Source of the DNA: Candidatus Hodarchaeota archaeon
GTDB taxonomy: Archaea; Asgardarchaeota; Lokiarchaeia; Sigyniarchaeales; SOKP01
Direction: 5' to 3'
Length of the DNA stretch: 64,000 nucleotides
Assembly: GCA_048886685.1 (NCBI GenBank)
Contig: JBHLKM010000008.1
Location: forward strand, 32,001-96,000
Both the position numbers and the translations under genes were made by a program. Positions 29,375 to 37,358 of the stretch are shown here, one piece after another; position 1 is the stretch's first letter; every line of letters starts with the position of its first letter. The notes below the pieces were generated by a model. The model searched no databases. It had not been told where the DNA came from and saw only the letters and a program-made list of their open reading frames with translations.

Positions 29375-29743
29375 TCACCCTCCAGGACCAAAGAAAATAA
29401 CTCTATCAGAACGGACAATTAAATCAGAAAGTCCTCCTAATCCCTCTTGACATGCTCCTTCAATAAATTCTTCAGATTTCATTCCGGAAAAACTAATCCA
29501 GGTACTACACGCTGCTAATTTAGTTTTATGCGTTTTATGAAAGTTTACAAGGCGTTCTGGTAAATTTCGTAAAGAAACATCAGTAATTTCTCTCAGTTTA
29601 ATGCTATGTACACCGCTTCCATAAAAAAAGATTCCTAAGATTTCATGTCCTTTATTGATTATTGCCTCACCTAAATTAATCAATGTGTCTAAAGCTTCAT
29701 ATTTGTAGGGCTCTGCGCATACTACAAAAGTGAATGATACCAT
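29375..29743 (-). CDS. dsrE: DsrE/TusD family sulfurtransferase
   Basis: EPY, GHEILGIFFYGSGV, LAACS (active-site Cys equivalent), GLGGLSDLIVRSDRVIFF. Confidence 0.85.
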   Translation of the reverse strand: MVSFTFVVCAEPYKYEALDTLINLGEAIINKGHEILGIFFYGSGVHSIKLREITDVSLRNLPERLVNFHKTHKTKLAACSTWISFSGMKSEEFIEGACQEGLGGLSDLIVRSDRVIFFGPGG

Positions 29744-29873
29744 GATTTTGCATTTCCATTTTTAAAAATTATTAAATTGGTGATAAGTTTTAATATTTTT
29801 ATAGTTTAATCTTTTAGAATATAGTGATCTACATACTATGTGAAAATGAACCTTTAACATATTACGACTTATT

Positions 29874-30665
29874 ATGACAATTCTATACGAATCTTTTGGC
29901 AATTTTAATACAGGAGTACCGTCATATAGGTCATTTATCTCAAAGAGATCGCGAGGAGTTATAACATTAGACGAAAAGGCCTTATCTTTTGAATCCGAAG
30001 TAGATAAAATTGTATTTCATGTTAAACTTTCAAAAATTAAAGATTTTTTTATGAGATCCCGCTTTTCTATCCCTTATATTGAGCTCAATACAATTGATGA
30101 TACTACTTATATCTTATATCCATTGAGAAAACATAAAAATTCATATAGCAGTTCGCTTCTAATGACAGAAGAATTATTCAGACAATTAGCAAGATTAATT
30201 TGTAATAAAGACCAGGCAATATACTTCGATGCAATAGGGAGTCTTTATCCTGGTACTTCACAACGTTTTGATCTTAAAGAAAAATCTTTTCAGGGACATA
30301 TTTTCTTGACAGAAAATTATATTTTATTTAAATCCTTTCAAACTGGTGATATTACCAATATTGAAATAGTGGATATTAAATTAATCATAATAGAAATCAT
30401 AGATTCCACTAGATACGTTACCATTGAAATGTTAGAGGGTAGCGTTTTTTCTTTCTTAATCTTAAAAGAAAAGAGAAGAAAATTTGTCAAAGATAAAATT
30501 AAAACAGAGAAATTTTATGATGTTTTGAATAATGCTAAAATCTATAAAGATTCTGAGAGATTAATAGATATAAAAGAAGAAAGAAAAGAAACGAAATGCT
30601 TATTTTGTGGTAATCTAATCAGCCCTACTGAGACAACCTGCCCATATTGTGGAAATAATACATAA
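29874..30665 (+). CDS. Hypothetical protein: tandem PH/GRAM-like domains plus C-terminal zinc ribbon
   Basis: Internal duplication (RGVITLDEKALSFES / QGHIFLTENYILFKS, each followed by beta strands and a helix); CLFCG...CPYCG at the C-terminus. Confidence 0.6.
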   Translation: MTILYESFGNFNTGVPSYRSFISKRSRGVITLDEKALSFESEVDKIVFHVKLSKIKDFFMRSRFSIPYIELNTIDDTTYILYPLRKHKNSYSSSLLMTEELFRQLARLICNKDQAIYFDAIGSLYPGTSQRFDLKEKSFQGHIFLTENYILFKSFQTGDITNIEIVDIKLIIIEIIDSTRYVTIEMLEGSVFSFLILKEKRRKFVKDKIKTEKFYDVLNNAKIYKDSERLIDIKEERKETKCLFCGNLISPTETTCPYCGNNT

Positions 30666-30786
30666 GAATCTATCTTCTTATATTTTGAGCCTTAAAGGAA
30701 AGGATCAAGATCAACTTTAAATAAAATGTAATCTGTTTGAATAAGAACTAAACCCAATTTAATTTATTATCAGACTATGATTAAAA

Positions 30787-31947
30787 ATGGGGATTCAAAA
30801 CTTAAAAGATTCTACGTCTGAAGTAGACGTATATAGGCAATTACAACAAACTCTTGATGAAATGCCAATTGGATTTCCACCAACAGAATCAGGCGTAGAA
30901 ATACGTTTACTTAAACATCTGTTTACACCTGACGAGGCTAAAATCGCTGCAAAATTAAAATTTGCATGGAAACCTACAGAATCATTAGAGAAAATCTACG
31001 AGCGATTAAAACCAATGGGATACTCGAAAGAAGAATTAGAAAAATATCTAGATAACATGCTTAAGAAAGGGGCTATATTTGGTAGAAAAGAAGATAGTAA
31101 AAAATATTATGGATTAGCTTTGTTAGTTGTAGGAATTTATGAATATCAAGTAAATAAATTGACAAAAGAATTTCTTGAAACATTCCAGCAATATATCCAA
31201 GAAGCATGGGGAATGGAATTTATGAAAACAGGTATTCCCCAAATGCGTACAATTCCAATTGGGTTAGAAATTGACCATGAAATTGAAATAGCTAATTATG
31301 ATAATATTAAACAACTTTTCGAAAATGTTGAGGGTCCATTTGTATTAATCAATTGTATATGTCGCCAAGAACGTGAATTAATGGGAGAATCTTGCCATGC
31401 TACATCACGACTAGAAGCGTGCATGGGATTTGGCGTTATGGCTCAAACATACATCGATTTGGGCTGGGGCCGTGAAATTTCTAGGCAGGAAGCCCTTGAA
31501 ACCTTAAAAAAGAATGAGGAAGAAGGTTTAATTTTCCAACCAGGAAACGCTCAAAAGATAGACTTTGTGTGTTCATGTTGTAGTTGCTGTTGTGGTGGTT
31601 TAACTAGTTTAAAACAATTACCAAATCCAGCAGATTTTGTAACATCTAATTATTATGCTGAAATTGACCCTGACCTATGTACTGGATGTAAAACTTGTAT
31701 AGAACGCTGTCAAATGGACGCAATTTCACCAATAAATGAAATTTCTGAAGTAAATCGTAGACGTTGTATTGGGTGTGGTAATTGTGTTTATGTCTGCCCT
31801 TCAGATGCAATCAAACTCAATAAAAAAGATAGGCATCATGTACCACCGATGACAGAAATAGATTTGTATAATGAGATCGCTCAAGTCAAAGCTAAAAGAA
31901 TAGCTAAAGAACTAAGAAGGCAGAAAAGACGAGAAATAAGGAAATGA
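30787..31947 (+). CDS. 4Fe-4S dicluster domain protein with Cys-rich central domain
   Basis: CICR, CSCCSCCCG, CTGCKTCIERC, CIGCGNCVYVCP. Confidence 0.85.
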   Translation: MGIQNLKDSTSEVDVYRQLQQTLDEMPIGFPPTESGVEIRLLKHLFTPDEAKIAAKLKFAWKPTESLEKIYERLKPMGYSKEELEKYLDNMLKKGAIFGRKEDSKKYYGLALLVVGIYEYQVNKLTKEFLETFQQYIQEAWGMEFMKTGIPQMRTIPIGLEIDHEIEIANYDNIKQLFENVEGPFVLINCICRQERELMGESCHATSRLEACMGFGVMAQTYIDLGWGREISRQEALETLKKNEEEGLIFQPGNAQKIDFVCSCCSCCCGGLTSLKQLPNPADFVTSNYYAEIDPDLCTGCKTCIERCQMDAISPINEISEVNRRRCIGCGNCVYVCPSDAIKLNKKDRHHVPPMTEIDLYNEIAQVKAKRIAKELRRQKRREIRK

Positions 31948-32079
31948 ATTCATAGTCAGATTCAATTTCTTATTAAGTATTTTTTTTGATTTTCAGAATA
32001 TGCCCAAAAATTATAGATATACTCTATTTTTAATTAAAAGAAGTTAATTAAATAATAAAAAGAATTATTAAATAGCAAA

Positions 32080-32913
32080 TTATTTTTTCATTGCGGCAAC
32101 CTTGATACTTTCTATTTTTAGATTGGAAAAAATTGCTCCAGTAGAATCTTTTATTTCAACGTCTTTAAATCCAGCACTTTCTATTTTTTTAAGGTATTCA
32201 TCCTTTAAGATTGCCCCCGAGACACACGCTACATATGCATCAATAGAATTCTTAATATCTTCGGGTAGCTCCTCCTTAAGAACTATGTCAGATACCATTA
32301 ATTTACCACCTGGTTTCAATACACGGTAAGCTTCTTGAAAAACCTTATCTTTATCCGGTGAAAGATTAATAACACAGTTTGAAATTATAAGATCTGCGGT
32401 ATTATCGGCTACAGGTAAATTTTCAATCTCACCTAGTCTGAATTCTACATTCTCATAATTGCCTTTGTATGCATTTTCTCGTGCTGTATCAATCATCTGT
32501 GGCGTCATGTCTACACCAATTACTTTCCCTGTTTTTCCAACTTTATTTGCAGCTAAAAAACAGTCAAATCCTGCACCAGAACCTAGATCAACAACCGTTT
32601 CACCCTCCTTTATTGAAGCAAATGCCGTTGGGTTTCCACAACCTAAACCTAAATTCGAACCTTCGGGTACACTTTTTTGTTCTTCTTCTGTATACCCTAT
32701 TCTAGAGCTATAATTTTGTGATAAACTCGTATCCCCACAACAAGAGCTTGAAGAATTTATTTCAGGTGTTGTAGAAGGACCACAACAGCTTGAACAGCTC
32801 GTTTCCGGGACCGTAGATGGGCTACAACAACTATAACCTTGTGAGCGTTCCGCAATTTTTGCATATCGTTCTCTCACGATCCCCCGTATTTTATCATCTT
32901 GCATTTTTACCAT
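32080..32913 (-). CDS. arsM: Arsenite S-adenosylmethyltransferase
   Basis: NLGLGCGNP, VVDLGSGAGFDCFLAA, GVDMTPQM, ISNCVINLSPDK, ACVSGA. Confidence 0.93.
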   Translation of the reverse strand: MVKMQDDKIRGIVRERYAKIAERSQGYSCCSPSTVPETSCSSCCGPSTTPEINSSSSCCGDTSLSQNYSSRIGYTEEEQKSVPEGSNLGLGCGNPTAFASIKEGETVVDLGSGAGFDCFLAANKVGKTGKVIGVDMTPQMIDTARENAYKGNYENVEFRLGEIENLPVADNTADLIISNCVINLSPDKDKVFQEAYRVLKPGGKLMVSDIVLKEELPEDIKNSIDAYVACVSGAILKDEYLKKIESAGFKDVEIKDSTGAIFSNLKIESIKVAAMKK

Positions 32914-32954
32914 TTTCTTCCCTCCATTTCTTTTATTTTTTATAATTTAATTTC

Positions 32955-33758
32955 TTATTTCTTAATACCTTTGAATAGACAATACCCTAATTTGCCATCC
33001 AAGACTACCTTCACGAATTTTTGTTGATTTTTAAGTGCGATTTTTAATCCTTCCTCTCCATACTTTTGAGTTATATTGTTCATTAGAATTGCTAATTCGG
33101 ACTGGGTATATATGTCTGAAAAATCTTTTACGTCTCGATCTTTTCGAATTTTCCAAAACATTTCTGGCTTTGACCATTCATCAAACTCAGTTTCAATCTC
33201 CTTCACGCCTGCTTTCTTTAACATATTAATCCATTCATCATATTCCAAGGGAGTAGTACCATACCTTTCAGAAATTTCGTCTTTTTCTTCATCTGAGAGT
33301 TTCTTACGCCAAGTTGATTCATGAATTACGATTATACCTCCTTTTTTGGTAACTCGCACCATCTCATCCAATACCTTCTGAGAGTCATCTGGTATACCTA
33401 CAGCACATTCATTAATAGCTACATCAAAAGAATTATCTTCAAATGGTAAATCTTGCGAATCACCTATTTTAAATTCAGTTAAATCTTCAATATTCTCCCT
33501 CTTCGCATTTTCCATTGCTGATCCAACCATTTCTTCAGCTATATCTAGGCCAGTTACCTTAACACCATATTCTTTAGCATAAAAAATAGATTGTGTGCCT
33601 CTACCACTTGAGACATCCAAAATTTTCATCCCAGGTTGTAATTCCGCAAGTTCACCCGTTCGTTGCGTTAATGCCATCCCGCCGGGATGTAATGCTTCAA
33701 TACCACTTATTTCGATTATATCTTCTATTGTTGGTTTATACAATCCTTTCCTTTTCAT
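32955..33758 (-). CDS. Class I SAM-dependent methyltransferase
   Basis: LHPGG, ILDVSSGRG, LPFEDNSFD, EMVRVTKKGG. Confidence 0.9.
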   Translation of the reverse strand: MKRKGLYKPTIEDIIEISGIEALHPGGMALTQRTGELAELQPGMKILDVSSGRGTQSIFYAKEYGVKVTGLDIAEEMVGSAMENAKRENIEDLTEFKIGDSQDLPFEDNSFDVAINECAVGIPDDSQKVLDEMVRVTKKGGIIVIHESTWRKKLSDEEKDEISERYGTTPLEYDEWINMLKKAGVKEIETEFDEWSKPEMFWKIRKDRDVKDFSDIYTQSELAILMNNITQKYGEEGLKIALKNQQKFVKVVLDGKLGYCLFKGIKK

Positions 33759-33834
33759 ACCGATCTTCTTTTAGCTTTTCTAAGGATAATTAAAAATATG
33801 TTGATTAAGTATAAAATATAAATTTTCAGAAAAA

Positions 33835-33900
33835 ATCTTTTGATCCTAAATAATCAATATAAATATATAAAGGTTCCGGATATTTCGGATCCGAACAATA
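33835..33900. promoter_or_regulatory. Promoter of the methyltransferase-arsM unit with palindromic operator sites flanking a TATA box
   Basis: Perfect palindrome TTCGGATCCGAA (33884-33895); related site TTTTGATCCTAAATA (33838-33852); TTTATATA on the minus strand (~33864-33871) between them. Confidence 0.65.
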
Positions 33901-33944
33901 ATACAAAAATTAAAATTTAAATTTTCTATTCAAAACGACTAAAA

Positions 33945-34430
33945 TTAATAGCATTTTTCCAATCCATCTAATTCAAACGAGTTTGAAAGTTTATTTAACA
34001 AACTGGTTAACTTTTCTAAATCTTCAGATGTGAAACCTTCACAACAATTCTTCAAAATGATCTTTAGTGGGGGTGTAGTGGATTTCATTTCCTTTCCTTT
34101 TTCAGTAAGCTTAACAAGAACACTTCGTCTATCTTCAGGATTATTCTCTCTATATACTAAATCATTCTTCTCCATGGTATCTATTATTCCTGTTATAGTT
34201 GAGGGGGAGCAGCAACATGCAGAAGCCAGCTCTTTAAACTGCTTCCCATCAGATTTCCATAATTCCAATAATATTGAGTATTGGGGAGGAGTAAGATTTT
34301 CACTTTTTACAACTCGACGTTGTAATTTCTCAAATTTTTTGTTTAAAAGATTAATCAATTGGAAGATTTCAGAAAAATTAAGAGTGTCCCGATTACTATT
34401 TTCCAATTTAGAATCACACATTTCAGACAT
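33945..34430 (-). CDS. MarR family transcriptional regulator with Cys-rich putative metalloid site
   Basis: LTPPQYSIL, ELASACCCSPSTITGIIDTME, DRRSVLVKLTEKG, NCCEG. Confidence 0.92.
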   Translation of the reverse strand: MSEMCDSKLENSNRDTLNFSEIFQLINLLNKKFEKLQRRVVKSENLTPPQYSILLELWKSDGKQFKELASACCCSPSTITGIIDTMEKNDLVYRENNPEDRRSVLVKLTEKGKEMKSTTPPLKIILKNCCEGFTSEDLEKLTSLLNKLSNSFELDGLEKCY

Positions 34431-34444
34431 TTAAATTTAATAAA

Positions 34445-34464
34445 ATATTTAGGATCGAAATAAT
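34445..34464. promoter_or_regulatory. Putative MarR autoregulatory operator
   Basis: ATATTTAGGATCGAAATAAT; its reverse complement core TTTCGATCCTAAATA differs at one position from the 33838-33852 site. Confidence 0.6.
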
Positions 34465-34641
34465 TTATATCCTTAATAAATAATTTTAAGTAATCATTAT
34501 TATTCTTTTTGTTGATTATTTTTATTTCATAAGTATAAATATGATAAATCTAGACTCTAAAGATTTATATGTATGAAAGACATTAGAATATTTATATAAG
34601 ACAGAATGTTGTATAATTTTAAAAAAATAACGACAAAAAAT

Positions 34642-34757
34642 GGCTCCTGTCAATCCCCTGGATTTTTGTCTTTTGGTAGTGTAATTCGTTACACTTAAAA
34701 ATTTACCTTCTCCTACTTAATGGATTTGACCTCGTATTGAGGTTCTTGGCAGGAGCC
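34642..34757 (+). ncRNA. Candidate structured non-coding RNA (~116 nt), family unrecognised
   Basis: 12-bp terminal stem GGCTCCTGTCAA/TTGGCAGGAGCC; AGTGTAA-TTCG-TTACACT hairpin; GACCTC-GTATT-GAGGTT hairpin; G-U pairs favour the + strand; followed by CCCTTTT. Confidence 0.55.
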
Positions 34758-34817
34758 TCCCTTTATTATCAAACAATTTTAGTAATAGACTAATGTTTAA
34801 AAAGGCTCTTTAAAAAA

Positions 34818-35663
34818 TCATAATAATAGAAAGAGTTCTAACAAGTACATGTCTAAATTTAAATCTTTTAACAATTCCATGTTGTTAAAAATATAACTAT
34901 AAACGTTTTCTTCTCGAAAATATTTTAGGCATAAATTATCCCCTTTTACTTCTTTTAGTACATTAACAACTTGGGTAAGTAAATGTTTTAAACTATCGAT
35001 AACCAATTCTTTATCACATTTAATAAGATTAATATCTACTATATCAAACCAAGATTCTTTTGAGAAAGAAATATTTTTCAATTCTGGTTTTTCCTTACAT
35101 ACTTCTTGTTCTTGATAGGATTCGTAAACTAAATCTATGTGGTCCAATATTTCATTTTTTGATTTACTGTACATCTTATTTTCAATGACATTTCTCAGCA
35201 TAATGAAAATATTCTGAAATATTCCTAAGATATCAAAAAAATCTGCTGTTTGAGTTAGTGTTTCAACCTCCTCCCATTGCTTATAATAATCTTCAATTAG
35301 TTTTAGAAATGGGCGAAAAATGTTAATATCACCATCCCAATTATGTCCTTTCTTTTCCCAAACTGGATTAAATTCTTTTATAAACGCATTCTTAATGACT
35401 TCTAATCTAGTCTTTAAAGTATCTGTTTTCATCTCCTTTGTACCAGCTGCGACAAAGAGGAGATTGTATTTTGGTTCTACAATATATATCCATCTCAATC
35501 CACCCATTTCTATGGAATCAATGGATTGTTTGAATTCCATTATAGAAAATTGGTTAAATGCCGTAAGAAATCCAGAAACAATATCTTCATCGGCATCTGT
35601 TTTCAAAAATGATTTATATAACAGTTTTATCCCAGAGTCACTCTCAACGATCCAAATAATCAT
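34818..35663 (-). CDS. Hypothetical protein with N-terminal longin-like domain (Asgard-type)
   Basis: IWIVESDSGIKLLYKSF...DIVSGFLTAFNQFS...IDSIEMGGLRWIY...LLFVAA...LEVIKNAFIKEF longin pattern. Confidence 0.7.
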   Translation of the reverse strand: MIIWIVESDSGIKLLYKSFLKTDADEDIVSGFLTAFNQFSIMEFKQSIDSIEMGGLRWIYIVEPKYNLLFVAAGTKEMKTDTLKTRLEVIKNAFIKEFNPVWEKKGHNWDGDINIFRPFLKLIEDYYKQWEEVETLTQTADFFDILGIFQNIFIMLRNVIENKMYSKSKNEILDHIDLVYESYQEQEVCKEKPELKNISFSKESWFDIVDINLIKCDKELVIDSLKHLLTQVVNVLKEVKGDNLCLKYFREENVYSYIFNNMELLKDLNLDMYLLELFLLL

Positions 35664-35852
35664 GGTTTTATTTTGAGAAATATTAAACTTTAAGAAAATT
35701 ATTTTTTGTTTCTAAAAAATTATCTATAGTAATTTAATTTAACCTTTCAAGGGACTTTCTAACAAGATTTATAAAAACAATTAAAATCAGAGAGTTCTCA
35801 TTATAATAATTTATGAGTTTTATTAAGGATGATAAATATAATCATATAGATT

Positions 35853-36254
35853 ATGAATAATAAAAATCCTCTTCAAACTAAAGGCTTCCACCCCTATGGT
35901 GACTTAATTGGATTAATATTTGATAGGCTTGAAAAAGGCTTTTCTCAGTGTTCATTAAAAGTAGAAAGGAAATTAATGAACCCGCATGGATTTTTACATG
36001 GAGGCGTTTTGTATTCAATGGCAGATACAGGTATGGGAGCAGCATTATATTCATTATTGGAAGAAAATGAACTCTGTGCAACGGTTGAAGTTAAAATTGC
36101 TTATTTTAAGCCAGTTAAGGAAGGGACTTTAAAATGTGAAACAAAAGTAATTCATAAAGGAAAAAACATCAGCGTTCTTGAATCTGAAATTATGAATGGC
36201 GAAGATATTATTAGTAAAGCAATGGGGACTTTTTCTATATTCAAAATAAAATGA
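35853..36254 (+). CDS. PaaI family thioesterase
   Basis: MNPHGFLHGGVLYSMADTGMG, ATVEVKIAYFKP. Confidence 0.93.
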   Translation: MNNKNPLQTKGFHPYGDLIGLIFDRLEKGFSQCSLKVERKLMNPHGFLHGGVLYSMADTGMGAALYSLLEENELCATVEVKIAYFKPVKEGTLKCETKVIHKGKNISVLESEIMNGEDIISKAMGTFSIFKIK

Positions 36255-36281
36255 TAAAATTTTGAATCCGAATAGAAAACA

Positions 36282-37334
36282 TCATTTAAGTAATTTTTCA
36301 ACAAATTCCCTCGCTTTAGAGAATGCTTCTTCTGATTCTGGTAAATCATATATTTGAAATTCATGTAAAGTATCATCCCAAGTTTGCAATGTAGCTTCTA
36401 TACCCGCGTTTTTTGCTTTTTCGAAAAATTTCCTCGCATCATCAAAAAGCATTTCACTTGTACTTGCTTGAATTAAAATTGGTGGAAGAATTTTTAAATC
36501 CGCATATAGAGGAGAGACTTCTGGGCTAAAAGGATTCGCTCCTGCTAAATAACATTCCACCCACCAATATATTCCTAAGTCGGCAAGAATAGGATCAGTT
36601 GAAGAATTCGTTTTAAAAGAATCACTGGTCATTGCTAAATCAGTTGCTGGAGAAAAGACTATAGCACCTGCTGGTAAGGGAAGACCTCTATTTCGGAGTG
36701 TTATAAGTGTCATTAATGTATAATAACCCCCACCAGAATCTCCAGATATAATAATATTTTTTGGATCTAAACCTTTCGATAAAAGCCATTTATAAGAGGT
36801 TATGCAATCTTCTAGACCTTTAGGATATGGATGCTCAGGCGCGAGACGATAATCAATACTTAAAACACATATTTTCGTTGTCATTCCTAGTCTAACAGAA
36901 ATCAATCGTGTAAAATTTGGAGATCCCATTATATAACCCCCACCATGAAAATATAAAATAACTTTATCCTCAGCAACTTCAGGGAAAATTTCCCATTCAG
37001 CAGGTACACCATTAGCATCTACAAGTTCAATATTTACTTCCTTCATAAATGATGCATGCTTTTGATGGTAGTTGGATCGGTATTCTACCACAAATCGATG
37101 TTGTTTTGCTATAAAGAGCATTTCCTCCATGGATAATAAACCTTGCGTATCTTCATCATTGAACCACCGAATGTTGCCCTCAGTAACTTTCTCCCAAAGG
37201 CTGGGAAAATTAATTACTTGATTTTTTTCATCATTGAAAAATTCAGTGGTTGCTTGATCACGTAATTTATCCCGTAATTGAAGAGCTTTTAAAATCTCAG
37301 GTCTTTGAATTTTTGATATGTCGAATATGGGCAT
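36282..37334 (-). CDS. Alpha/beta hydrolase, HSL family esterase
   Basis: YFHGGGY, DYRLAPEHPYP, GDSGGG, DD...H catalytic residues. Confidence 0.92.
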   Translation of the reverse strand: MPIFDISKIQRPEILKALQLRDKLRDQATTEFFNDEKNQVINFPSLWEKVTEGNIRWFNDEDTQGLLSMEEMLFIAKQHRFVVEYRSNYHQKHASFMKEVNIELVDANGVPAEWEIFPEVAEDKVILYFHGGGYIMGSPNFTRLISVRLGMTTKICVLSIDYRLAPEHPYPKGLEDCITSYKWLLSKGLDPKNIIISGDSGGGYYTLMTLITLRNRGLPLPAGAIVFSPATDLAMTSDSFKTNSSTDPILADLGIYWWVECYLAGANPFSPEVSPLYADLKILPPILIQASTSEMLFDDARKFFEKAKNAGIEATLQTWDDTLHEFQIYDLPESEEAFSKAREFVEKLLK

Positions 37335-37358
37335 TTTACAATATAATACTTATTAATA

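Noticed and set aside
28642-29743. dsrEFH as evidence for dissimilatory sulfur oxidation
   Set aside because: No dsrAB, dsrC or dsrMKJOP in the window; the family also serves biosynthetic sulfur relay
34642-34757. Structured element as tRNA/tRNA-Sec, 5S rRNA or MITE
   Set aside because: No cloverleaf, T-loop or UCA anticodon; no 5S conserved motifs; no target-site duplication or second copy in the window (a MITE is not fully excluded without the genome)
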